From contig NMRA01000031.1 of NCBI GenBank assembly GCA_002633005.1, positions 1,442,858 to 1,506,857 of the forward strand: DNA of 64,000 nt, written 5' to 3'. Made by a program: the position numbers and the translations under genes. Below, piece by piece: positions 53,174 to 64,000 of the stretch; within the stretch, counting starts at the first letter, position 1; the number at the start of each line of letters is the position of its first letter. Under the pieces are notes generated by a model. The model was not told the origin of the DNA and did not search any database. It saw nothing but the letters and a program-made list of their open reading frames with translations. Source of the stretch: Phoronis australis. Taxonomy: Eukaryota; Animalia; Phoronida.

Positions 53174-54739
53174 TGTAATGTAAAGAAAAGCGTTTCTCAC
53201 TATCTCTCTCTCGTCGCGCAATGCCTTGTTATTGCTATTTTTCCTGGTGCAAGTCTTCGACAGGTGGTCACAAATTACCAAAAGACCTTAGGTTACTACA
53301 TTCGTGGAGAATTGCGGTCAAAAGGGTCAACCTACTGACAAAAAGTGCGTGGATGCCGACGCCCCATTGAGAGACTACATAACGTTAGTTGGTACGTTCC
53401 TAGCAATCAAGTTTCTATCGACATCGTTCGGTGATGTTATCCCCACCAGTTAACCCACTGAATAACGGGTTTATTGAATGGAACTAAATGTTTCGTTTCG
53501 GAAACTCACCCGGGACTCGGATGCTGGATAGGCTAGCAGCACATATTCACATATTGTGCTCCAGGGGTGGAAATGCGCCCAATATAAGAGGTGTATGGTA
53601 CGTGACGCTCAGAAGTCAAGCGTGACTTTTTGACAGCAGTTTCTCTTCAAAGCTATGCTATGTCCAATAGAATTCTCTAGATGAGTGAGTTTCCTTATTT
53701 TATAGCGGACCCCATCCCCAGGTCTACCAGATTAGCTACCGAATTAAAAAGAATAAGCTATTCAGTAAACGACATAACATTGCATTGGAATAAAAATTGA
53801 CACCTAGAATTAGTTTTACTTATTGAGGCCAGAAGCACATTTTAGGTGCCGTGAAAAATACACATTGTTAAATCACTTTTAGCCTGTTTCACATATATTA
53901 ATTCGGATCTTAAACAAGACTTGGGTACAAATATTATTAGTTTCTACATATAAACATGAAGACGAAACGTCAAGTATGTTCTGCCTTACTAAAGTAGTTT
54001 TGTCATGTGTTTTCTTTTATAATTTGCTAATATTCATTTGACTATTCTGTCACAGGTGAGAGAAAACGACTGAAACCAGTCGCCTGACTGTCTATTTTAC
54101 CTTTAGAAAGAAAGTGAAAAGCAATCCTTCAGCAATAACCTGAGAGAATTGAACCTAATTCAGAAATTCAGCCCTTGATATGCTTGATTATGGACTCCGT
54201 TGCGTGGTAAAATTACAATTGTTTTTAACAATGCTGTTTCGTTATATACTTTTCTTGCATGTGAAACTTTTGTTGTGGAGAAGTTAACACAAAACTTAAA
54301 ATTGTTCAAAGGCCTTCTTATGAAAGCTCTAAAAATAATTACACACACAAACAAATCAAATGCAAACAAAGGGAATACTTCGTTTTGATCGTTACACATT
54401 TATAGAGGTCAACAAGAAAATGACAATTCGCAAGCGTAATCGGTAATCATTTCAGCTTTATAAAGAATAAGAACAACTGCACTGTATGGGGCTTTAAAAC
54501 TGAGGAAATATTGTGGTTTAAATAATTGCCTGTTGATGAAAAAATTATTCGATCATCAAAGTGTAACATTAACGGGCTTTCTACTGACAATAAGACAATC
54601 GATGCAGTCACTGAATGTCATTTCCCCACAATGTGTACCAAAGTTTTTACCATTAGTATAAAGCCGTTTTTCTGAAAAGAAAAGTTAATTTCACTCAGTG
54701 CGAAAGGACAGGTATTTATACCAGTTGCTTTTGGTTTTC

Positions 54740-55385
54740 ATTCACTGGAATCTAGTTTTAATGGCCTATAGAAGCGCTAGTAAAAAGGCCCAGTTTCGCT
54801 ACGTGGCCTTCCTCCATGTAACCTCATTCAACCTCAATTATATCCTGGAAGGTAAACACAACAGCATATCACTAGATTCGTTTTGTGCCCAAAATCGGAC
54901 CCTGAACTAGACCAGAGTGTCACTAGGTCTTCTTTAGCTTCAATTCATCATGTTTCTTCCAGGAAAGGAAATAAGCTATTGTCCACACATGACTTATTGC
55001 CTATGAAAGGGCATCCTCACCCAACAAGGCTAACTTGTGTATCAGTCAGATATAGTTCCTTTTCATTCACAAACAATCCACTGGCACGTTGTCTTATGGT
55101 AACTTCGTACTGCGATTCACATTTCACCAAGCCACTGACTTGTACATTGTGTCATGCTGCACTTATGGTGTGTGAAAATGCTGTGGGAAGAGAAAGGAGT
55201 AACAAAGCTTGTTCGTTGTCTCCAATGAAGAAAGTAGGCTTTAACAACAGATCTACACTGGATGGGAACATCTTGCTTGTTTAATTAGCTGCATTCATCT
55301 GCTTAAAACCAATTTTTTGTCCATTAAGGATCGATGCAGAAGCGATGCATATCTGCTCTGCACTGTGCAAGCCCTCAAACCTAAA
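54740..55385 (-). pseudogene. Highly decayed hAT (ZBED-type) transposase relic
   Basis: Minus-strand motifs in hAT order, translated by hand across frames: RFEGLHSAEQI (cf. F-G-HT-E-I), NAAN (cf. DNAAN), KLP*DNVP (cf. QDVPTRW), PFLEET..VT (cf. PFEEAT..VT), LL*AIKTRF. Confidence 0.5.
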
Positions 55386-57239
55386 ACCAAAGGTCACGTG
55401 AAAACAGACATGATAGATTTCCATTTCAAAGTGTAATAGATTTCCGGAAGACATAGGATAGGGAGTAAGCAAATATTCTTATGGATATTTGTCACTTTGT
55501 CACGTACCCTTTGCCATGGCATTGGCGGGCTTGGGTTGTAATCTTTAACTCACTATTCAGTATCGGGTCAAACATTCAGCATTCACTAATGTAACTGTCA
55601 CTGATAAACCCGTTAGAAATCATTCTAAACAATAATACTACTTTGATGTACGAAAAGATCCAGAGTGCTACGTCAAGTATCGTAACAGACGTCACAACAA
55701 ACAAAGATTAACCCGACTGGCGACTGCCGCGAATTCAACATCGGCGAGTTCCTCAGTTAACAGGCATCAGTAGAATAAAGATGGAATAATCGTTAAAATA
55801 ATCACAAACCTTACCTTTGTACAAGGTCGTGCTTACTTTCTCTCATAGAAGCACCTTTTCACGCAATCTCAGATTCAGTTGGCTCGGCTACAAGCCATTT
55901 CACCATGTATTTAAAGGGCTCGCGAAATCGAGGCTGTTAATCTATCACTACTCGTACACTTGCGCCCTCTAGTTAATGCAAATTTTCCGAATAGCCCCAT
56001 TGTCTTGCGTGTACAGAGCGTGTGAATATCTAGGGTGACTAACTCGAAACCGCCTTAGCGTCGCCTTAGTGTAAGGTTTTCTTATTTTGCACTTTAAAGT
56101 CTTTGTAACAGTTGGTCTCGAACTCACCTTAACGCCACCTACAGTTGTATTTACGCACAGGCGACCCAACTGTAACACGTGACCGAAAAATATCAAGGCG
56201 ACTTTAATAATGTTTGGTTCGGAAATTATGCATTTAATTTCATTTTTAAAGTTTTTGAGAATTCATAGACTATTGTGTTACCTAAGTGGGGATTTGTCAC
56301 GCTGAAAATCGCAACGTATGAAGAATTTCTGTTATTTGACATGACGGTGATGCTAAGTTAACCCTAGGGTCACCTTAAGATGCTTCGAGTTGGTTATTTA
56401 CGACAAACGTGTAATTCTAATTTAAAGTTACGACCGCGCGGAAATTTAAACTGGCAAAATGTCTCTTGAGTATGTACAATACATCTATTTATGTACCTTC
56501 ATTTATAGTCGATACTTACATCAATTTACGAAAAATATTTCAAGTTATTTTTTTACCAAACCACGGCACATATCGGCGACTGTAGCTGGTAAAAATACTT
56601 CAGGTGACCTTGTGCGGTTATCCGGATGTGTGAGGTATAAGTTTACCAAAATTCACTTCTCGGTTCTGAGCTTACGTGTAAACACAGGTGTCATTCGCTT
56701 CTGATCGTCCTCAATACGCAATATATAATTCCAAATGGTATAGCACTCGGGACTAGAAATTTCACGGCTGCTTCTCTTCAGTCGTCGTATCAAACATTTT
56801 CAATAAATTTGTACAAAATAGGATTTCAAAAAACCATGAGCAAATGTCCTTTATTCTGATAGCATTTACAGCGTCCTGCTCCAGCGACTTTGCAACAAAT
56901 TTGGGATCAAACGAAAAAAATCTTTCCAAAAGGGCGATGCGTAGGAACACCTGTAAGATGGGTCACTTGCGTTAGCACGGGAATTGCCGATTTGTCACGG
57001 AGGGTCACGACAATTACTTCACACTTAGCCAGACTGTTTCGTAACCTTCCATGATGAACTGGAAATTGTCGTTATTCATCTGTAACTTATCGGGTGATTC
57101 CTTACTTGACTTTAATCCGACTCACGCTGTTTTAGCCCAGTGCTCTTTCCAAACGCTAAGTCAGCACACATGGCAATGGACTTTCCCTTTTTATCGGTAG
57201 CGTTGCAACAGTTGTTCAAAACTTTCTCTTTGTTTTCAT

Positions 57240-57350
57240 CTCCATACTGATGCACAAAGGTTGTGGCTCGTTTCTGAATGCGTCTTTAGCTTCAGGTTGA
57301 TGCGCGCCCTCAAAAACTTCTAAGGTCGAAGACTTCTGTACAGTACGTGT
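57240..57350 (-). pseudogene. Possible ancient CR1 C-terminal fragment
   Basis: LYRSL-RP followed (frameshifted) by RIQKRAT, cf. CR1 LYKSLVRP...RVQRRAT. Confidence 0.3.
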
Positions 57351-59012
57351 AATGTTAAATGGTACAAGAGTTGCATGTGAAAATAAAGCTAACAGTACTG
57401 GTACACATCACTCGTATCCAGGACTACGTTGTACAGCCCTGTGAAATAAACAAAACGCTATTTTACCTTCATGCGTATGAATACAACAGTGGTAATTTGA
57501 CAAACTCATCAATATCAAATTGAGCGAAGGCTACAGCTTTTTCCAGACACTCGCACATTACCCAATATTTACAGTAAATATTCTGATATTCCTCAAATGT
57601 ATAACAAAATTATTTTTTTTCTATATGGATGTCAAGTTCTCAACTCAAATGAAAATTAGGTTTTATTCGAAATAGTGCCAAAATTTCTTTTTAATATTAA
57701 ATCTCTCTGTGTGAGTGGATAGAATTGTATACATGTAAAATAACTTATTGTGTATGAAAATGATTTATTTACATTCGTAATCATATGTCATTGTAATCTT
57801 AACATCAGTTTTTTAATTTATGTATTTGTGTATAATAACTGTATATAGATTTCTTTGTATTTATTTAATACAGATATAATGGCTTTTAGCACTTTCTGGG
57901 CAATGTATATTCATTGAACTGAAGATTTCGTAATAAACATAAAAGTATTTTCGAGAGTAAAATAGACTTATGTAAAAAAAGTTTGCAGTGAGTCAGTTGC
58001 CGCGATTTCGACAACGTGGATTTAACAGCATCAACATCGTCGAATTTCAACGTTGTCCTGTCTGTTTTGAAAACTACTGCACAGCTAGATGAGCGAGATC
58101 CCTTCTCCCAGTCTCGACTCAACCTGCCACTATCTTGCGTTCTCTAGGGATCATCAGAAGAACTTCACACAGCCGCAGAACCAAAAATCGAAACACCGCC
58201 AGGACTCGACTCCAAGGTAACACAGTCGCATTCACTTGCCAATCTCCACATTTTAGTCGCTCAACGTTGATAGTGACAACTCGGTCGTAAACCATGTACT
58301 CTGCTTGTTAAAATCAGTTGTTATGCAAGTACGTTCCAATCAAATATCAGATCAGATGACCGAAGGATTGGTTTATATTTGTTTTGATGTACAGCACGTA
58401 CCACTGGTGCTTCGTTCCATTGGTTTCTACGTTTTTAATTACACGTGCATTGCAATGCTTTTACCTTCTTTCTTGAACGAGCAGAGTCTGGTCACTTTGT
58501 TTACACAATCCGTTTGTAGTTTCTACCGCCTGCCACTGGTCAAATTGCGAACAGCCACGTCTGGTGACTGGGCAGCATGAATGAAAAGTAATATTCCTCA
58601 GCTAGCCAGTCATCGTCAACTTATTTCGGGGGTTACTGTACCGCAGATCAATTTTTCATAGTCAATAATTATTTATATTCCCCGGTGATGTTGTAATGGA
58701 TTATTCATATTGATTGCGTCTAGTGGTATAAAGCTATTTCAATTAAACATTTTTGTCAGTGGACATCTTAGGCGATTCCAGAAGACAACAGCCTTCGTCT
58801 TGACTCTATTACGATTACATATGTACGTTGCGTAGGTAATGAGTTCGTGGCTGTATCAACGCAAATGAATAAGACTCTTATCTTTTAATTCCCTGAGTTC
58901 GAACCTTAATACAGACGTTGGCGCAGACTCAGTTTTGCATTTTATTCCACCACGGAGCCTATGAAGTGCCAAAGGATTCTTAAACGAGTACCTTTCTGCG
59001 CATAGAAATGGA

Positions 59013-59110
59013 CTTAATCTACGCGTACTTTTGCTAGATCTACGCGTACTTTTAGTTAATCTACGCATACTGTTGCTTAATCTATGCGTACTTTTGCTTA
59101 ATCTACACGC
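59013..59110. repeat. 21-bp minisatellite, about 4.5 copies
   Basis: Unit approximately cttaatctacgcgtacttttg. Confidence 0.9.
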
Positions 59111-60191
59111 AGCCAACGTGTTGCGAGCATACACGTATTACATGACTTTTAAGTTAAAACTTCTCGTGGTTGCGATTCTAGATCGGCACGACATACAGAC
59201 CACGGGCGAAGTCCATTCCAACGAAGCAGTTAACGTCAAAGTACGAAATCATCGCAGAAGTTGCCGAGGGAGCTACCAACAGCTTGCGTCATCCAAAAGT
59301 AAGATCACATTTTAAATAAGCAATGGAAAATCCTGTTTTCGTAAAAATCAACAATTAGTGGCAATTATCTAAAGGGATGTACGCGTGAGACTGTGGACTT
59401 AGCTCAGTTCCAAAAATCAGTAATGGTCGACTATATCTCGCCAAAAACTTGCGTAATCTTGTTTTTGCACGTTTGCGTCTGCGCAACGCTGCCCAGACAA
59501 CACGCAATTTAGTTTTGTGCTATCCTAGGATAATATTTTGCAGGACCACGATGAAGCCACCTTCCTTCCAGATTCAGCACGCAGTCAACCAGAGATAATC
59601 CCAGCAGGCCAACCTCCACCTTTGACTAACAACAAGAGAAAGGTTGCATCGAAAGTGGTGAGCTATAGCATTACGATGACTCGATGAAAACCCGCAAAAC
59701 TTCATAGTGGCAAGTAGTACTCTAATTCAGTTACATGGGTACCAATCAATGGTGTACATACTTAGTATAAAAGGAACGTCACGCCCTTCGAGATTGACCG
59801 AAGTGCAATGTCCACACGTACAAAAACACAGCCGCTGTAGGGATGTCACATGTTGTCTTTAGTTCCACAACGATTTATGTTAATCAAAGTCCAGGTATCG
59901 TTCTGGGTAGTGCGCATTTTTGGCATGTCGCCTGCTGTCGTGTCAACAACCTTTGACCTTTGTATAATTTCAGAGTATATGTAGTTACAATTCCTAGGGT
60001 GGGTATATAAAATCTAGTTTCTGTTTCGACTATAAGGATTCTGCACGAACCACAATCAATTCAGTTCACATTGACAATATTTACAGTATGCGCATGTAGA
60101 AATTACGTCCAGAAATTACCCATAATTATAACTCTAGGTATGTCAAAGAAAGATCAAGTGTTGATTTTTTGAGGGTTCCTCTAGCTCATGC

Positions 60192-60410
60192 GTAGAATTG
60201 TGTGGGTAATGAGCATCGTACACAGTGAATGTTTTGTAGAATTGTGTGGGTAATGAGCATCGTACACAGTGAATGTTTCGTAGAATTGTGTGGGTAATGA
60301 GCATCGTACACGGTGGATGTTTTTTAGAATTGTGTGGCTAATAAGCATCGTACACAGTGAATGTTTTGTAGAATTGTGTGGGTAATGAGCATCGTACACA
60401 GTGAATGTTT
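60192..60410. repeat. 44-bp minisatellite, 5 copies
   Basis: Unit gtagaattgtgtgggtaatgagcatcgtacacagtgaatgtttt, head-to-tail with no spacers. Confidence 0.95.
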
Positions 60411-62390
60411 TCTACAATTCGCAGGCAGTTATCAGAGTAAGAAGAAAAGTCAATTGATGTGATGTGGTAATTTATTTCTCATCTTTCAAAATGCCGTTTT
60501 GCCTTCTAGTGCCGTGCAGCAGACGTATGCCCATCCACACACATTGCTGAAAGTGTACTCTTATTCCGAGGCAGGGGGCATAGTCCACCGTCTCCAAAAA
60601 GTCAAGAAAGTGAACCGGAGGCAGGGAAATATGACTATGTGCGTTTGTTCTGCATTTAAGTGCATTCTAATTATATCGGCCTGCGATATTGGAACGTTTG
60701 TTGAATGAAATAAATAATCAATTTGTTCATTGATTAGCTGCCCCTGCGACAAATTACCTTACTAACACAGACATAAAAAGTAGACAAACTATGAACAAAA
60801 CAGTGGAAAACCTTAAGGACTGGCAAGTGAATCGTCGGTAAGGTACGTGTACTGCAGTTTTATGATACGACGGTTTTGGATCTAGAATATTAGAATTTTT
60901 TGTGTGCAATGTTTATAATCTCATTGTCTATAGCCATTGCGCACGTAATGCCTGAGTGAGTCTTTGGACCTACTTCTACTACATCATGTGACGTTGGCAG
61001 CACACGCATGTTATGCAAGGACGATAGGCCACACTAAACGCACACATAAAATTAATTACAGCGGGTATGCATTCATTGAATCCATCATCAATGGAGCAGC
61101 GGTGCACGACTCGAAAACGGTTCTAGTTTAATGGCTAATATACTGTAGTTTACTAGAATATTCTCTAGTACTCTGTTGTAAACAAATTACATCATCACTA
61201 GTATGACCTCATGGCCCATTGATATCAATCAAGTGTTATTTGTAGACAACAAACGGAACACCAAAATAATACCTATAGGACAAAAGGAAGTGTCAGTCTA
61301 CTGAGAACTCATATACCTGCAAAAAAGTATACTTTATAATTTTCTACCGCATAATCACCTGGCACGTATTATAAATCTTTCACTGATGTGTTCTTCTCCA
61401 TGGTGCTCCCTTGATAATCTCTCGTAGTCGTCTTAGTAGTGTGCACCGACGGGACTTAAAATTCTGCAACGCAATTACCCAAAACATAACTCAGACGCTC
61501 TCAATCTTGCAGCGCTGAACATTGACCAACGGATTGTGATATGTCGAGTTAAGCAGATAACACGTGCAAAATTGCTTGTCAGGCAAAATTTAAAATGGCA
61601 TAAACCCACAATTATGATTTGAGAAAATATATGGCAAACGAGAACAATTTTCTTATGAAACCATTTTTGCAAAATTTTCTTATTTACAAAGTTTTAATTG
61701 AAATGAGCCCGTTTCCCAACTGGTTCTGCCCTTGTCCAACATTCATTGCAAACGTCTTGTAATAGACTGTAGTAGTAAATCTCCGTAGACTGAATGTTAT
61801 AGCGCCACTGTCCAGAATGAAAACAAACAATCTTCCATCACGGCATGTAAGAGTTACCCTGGGAGTCCTCGAACTTGACTTAAGATGGTTTTAATTTAAA
61901 AATTTGCTAGTTGCAACTTACGTCAAGTCTTTAATCGTTTCTTACTGAGAGAATGGATAATGGTCGGATATATCGTGCACCGCATTTTGAGAACCAGTTT
62001 TCGTCACTGATTCTCAAAATTTTGCACGCTATGTCCAACCATTGCCGACAAAATGTGCACAATGTTTTCAAGCAGTTATGTGCTCAAAATTACAGGACTA
62101 AACCTGGTAGTTGTGAAGTGGGGGTGAAAGAACAAGTTTCTGTCTTAGTCTTACATCACTTCCATGAAACGGAAGCACTAGCGATCTGTTTCTTCGCTTT
62201 CTTTTGGTTCTTAATTAGACTCGCGTGCGATAGATACATAACTCACAACGATGCAGTGTAGGCTGGAGTGGAATACTGAAAATAGTGCTTAATGTTGTGC
62301 AAGTCATACGATGAATGTTTTCAGTCATCCAGTTGGGTCAGTATAAGAAACAATAAATAAATCTACTACTGGACTTACGCTATGTAGAGA

Positions 62391-62431
62391 TGGCTACGTT
62401 GCGTCCTCCTCTCGAGGACTTCATCAGGCCA
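62391..62431 (-). ncRNA. Identical hammerhead motif on the opposite strand
   Basis: Exact reverse complement of 62490-62530. Confidence 0.7.
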
Positions 62432-62489
62432 CTGAGTTGTCACGTGAAACTGCGCGAGGGATCACATGACAAGTCACGTGACAACTCAG

Positions 62490-62530
62490 TGGCCTGATGA
62501 AGTCCTCGAGAGGAGGACGCAACGTAGCCA
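62490..62530 (+). ncRNA. Minimal type I hammerhead ribozyme motif (GAAA->GCAA variant)
   Basis: tggc-CTGATGA-a-gtcctc(gagag)gaggac-GCAA-cg-TA-gcca: stem I tggc/gcca, perfect 6-bp stem II, palindromic ACGT stem III. Confidence 0.7.
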
Positions 62531-64000
62531 TCTCTACATAGCGTAAGTCCAGTAGTATATTTATTTATTGTTGTGCAAGTCATTTCCAAAACTTCATTTC
62601 CGTGTAATGTTGTTCTTAACTATATTAATAATGTGGTCGAAAACAAATTTTATTTCAGAAAAACCGGTGTGTGCCAAAAGGAAAAAAGCAGGGTGTACCA
62701 CGACTTGGTGAGGGGAGGCGCAAGGGCTCGTTCATAAAGCATGTAAGTGAAGTCGATGGTTGTGAACAGGAGTGGGATATTAAAGGAAAGCGTCGGCATA
62801 CGTTTGATGCTGTCGAAGCGACGTAAACGTGGAGCCGACGACGACCATTACGTTGTTTGACAAAAGAACTGAGTTCAGTTGAATCATCAGTAACACTGCT
62901 CCTCGTGTTTGTTTTGCCTAAAATGTCAGCGGGCATGATCATAAATACAGCTTGTATATTTTCAGGTTTTGGTCAGACCGCATAATTTTCGGCACTCGAA
63001 CGCGAGCATTCTGCAAATTCCCAGTGAAACAGAGCGAACATTGACGTCGGTGGTGAGGCAATCACCTTATGGTAAAATGAAAACCGTGGTTTATGTCTAA
63101 TTCTGAGCTTGCGTTCTTCTAAGTTCACGTCAGACACAAACTTCAGATTCAGCAAAGCTGATGTGCGACATAGATCGCAGCTGTAACACAAAGTCGATAG
63201 TCACCATCATAGAGCTATTTTGCAATTTCACACCAAGTACTTTGTTCCACGCGGCGGTTGTTCGACTTTCAAGTGGAACTTACAGGCTAATTCCTTATCG
63301 CTGTGATTGCGTGGCCAAATTGGTTAGAAACACAGCACATAACGACGATGTGTATGAGTAGTTAGTTTTAAATTGCCAACTGTTTTTAATAACGAGTTTG
63401 TGGCGAACATGTTTTGTCGCAAGTCACTGAATGTTGTCCAGTAAGTATCGTGACGTGGTGCTGGGGAGTAACAGTGCATGACTTATGCGGGCTATGTGAG
63501 CCCGCGAGGTACGTCATTAGTGCAAAGGTCACCTACATGTATGACTTTAAACAAGTTACCAATCAATGCAACTGCACTTTTATTGTAGATTACGTTAAAA
63601 TAGCTATGTCGTTTACTGTAGTTCCTGCTATGCATTAGCACAGCGTTAGGAGCATGCAAATACGTCTTGAAAGTCCTTATCTCAAAAGCAATCTAGTTCA
63701 AAAACGTAAAAATACATACCAAAATAAGTAATATGTAACATGCCATAATGTTTACATACTATCTGTTATCAAACTAAAAGCCTTTTTGAGCACAATTTTG
63801 GAGCTCGGCCGAGATCAGAAAAGCGTCGACTATATCCGTCTATTTTCGTGACCTGAGTTCCTGTGCATGAGCTCAGGAACGATTCCTGAGTGATCGACGG
63901 TCATGTTGTCCTTGAAAATGTATTGACATCATCGCGAGCGTAAATGCGTTGTTACCTTGTTTGGTTGTTTTTGATTCTCATTTTGGTTCTTTTTATACAA

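Larger units (their letters stand above)
62308..62568. mobile_element. Penelope-like pseudo-LTR insertion forming an inverted duplication
   Basis: 99-bp arms at 62349-62447 and 62474-62572 (1 mismatch). Direct repeat tgttgtgcaagtcat at 62293-62307 and 62569-62583. Minus-strand tail ctggatgactgaaaacattca resembles Penelope (Poseidon/Neptune-type) pLTR ends as I recall them. Confidence 0.8.

Noticed and set aside
53535-53562. tagcagcacat resembles miR-15/16 and the U6 5' region
   Set aside because: The match is only about 11 nt, the hairpin is too short for a pre-miRNA, and the rest of U6 is absent.
58856-59315. Repetitive Arg/Ser- or Leu-rich ORFs
   Set aside because: They are products of the 21-bp minisatellite.
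60192-60410. CRISPR-like regular repeat
   Set aside because: Head-to-tail 44-bp units without unique spacers, no cas genes, and a eukaryotic context: a minisatellite.

Overview
Eukaryotic, AT-rich, transposon-dense non-coding DNA, most likely from an invertebrate metazoan (inferred from the repeat families). I found no host protein-coding exon, rRNA, intact tRNA or CRISPR array. Almost all ORFs in the track look spurious. The recognisable coding relics are all transposon-derived: (i) an RTE-X-like LINE whose endonuclease/N-terminal RT half (38.5-40.25 kb) and C-terminal half (48.06-48.89 kb) are separated by about 7.8 kb of unrelated DNA, with the RT catalytic core missing; (ii) a decayed CR1-group LINE (50.0-53.17 kb); (iii) two inverted THAP-bearing, TTAA-flanked Kolobok-like elements; (iv) a decayed hAT transposase. 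There are also many MITEs, a Helentron/HINE-like array, and mini- and microsatellites. The most striking items are a 260-bp Penelope-like insertion with a 15-bp TSD that forms a 99-bp-arm palindrome carrying two back-to-back minimal hammerhead ribozyme motifs (62.3-62.6 kb), a double-TIR composite element present twice, and a perfect 69-bp nested palindrome. All calls come from reading the sequence by eye; no searches were run.
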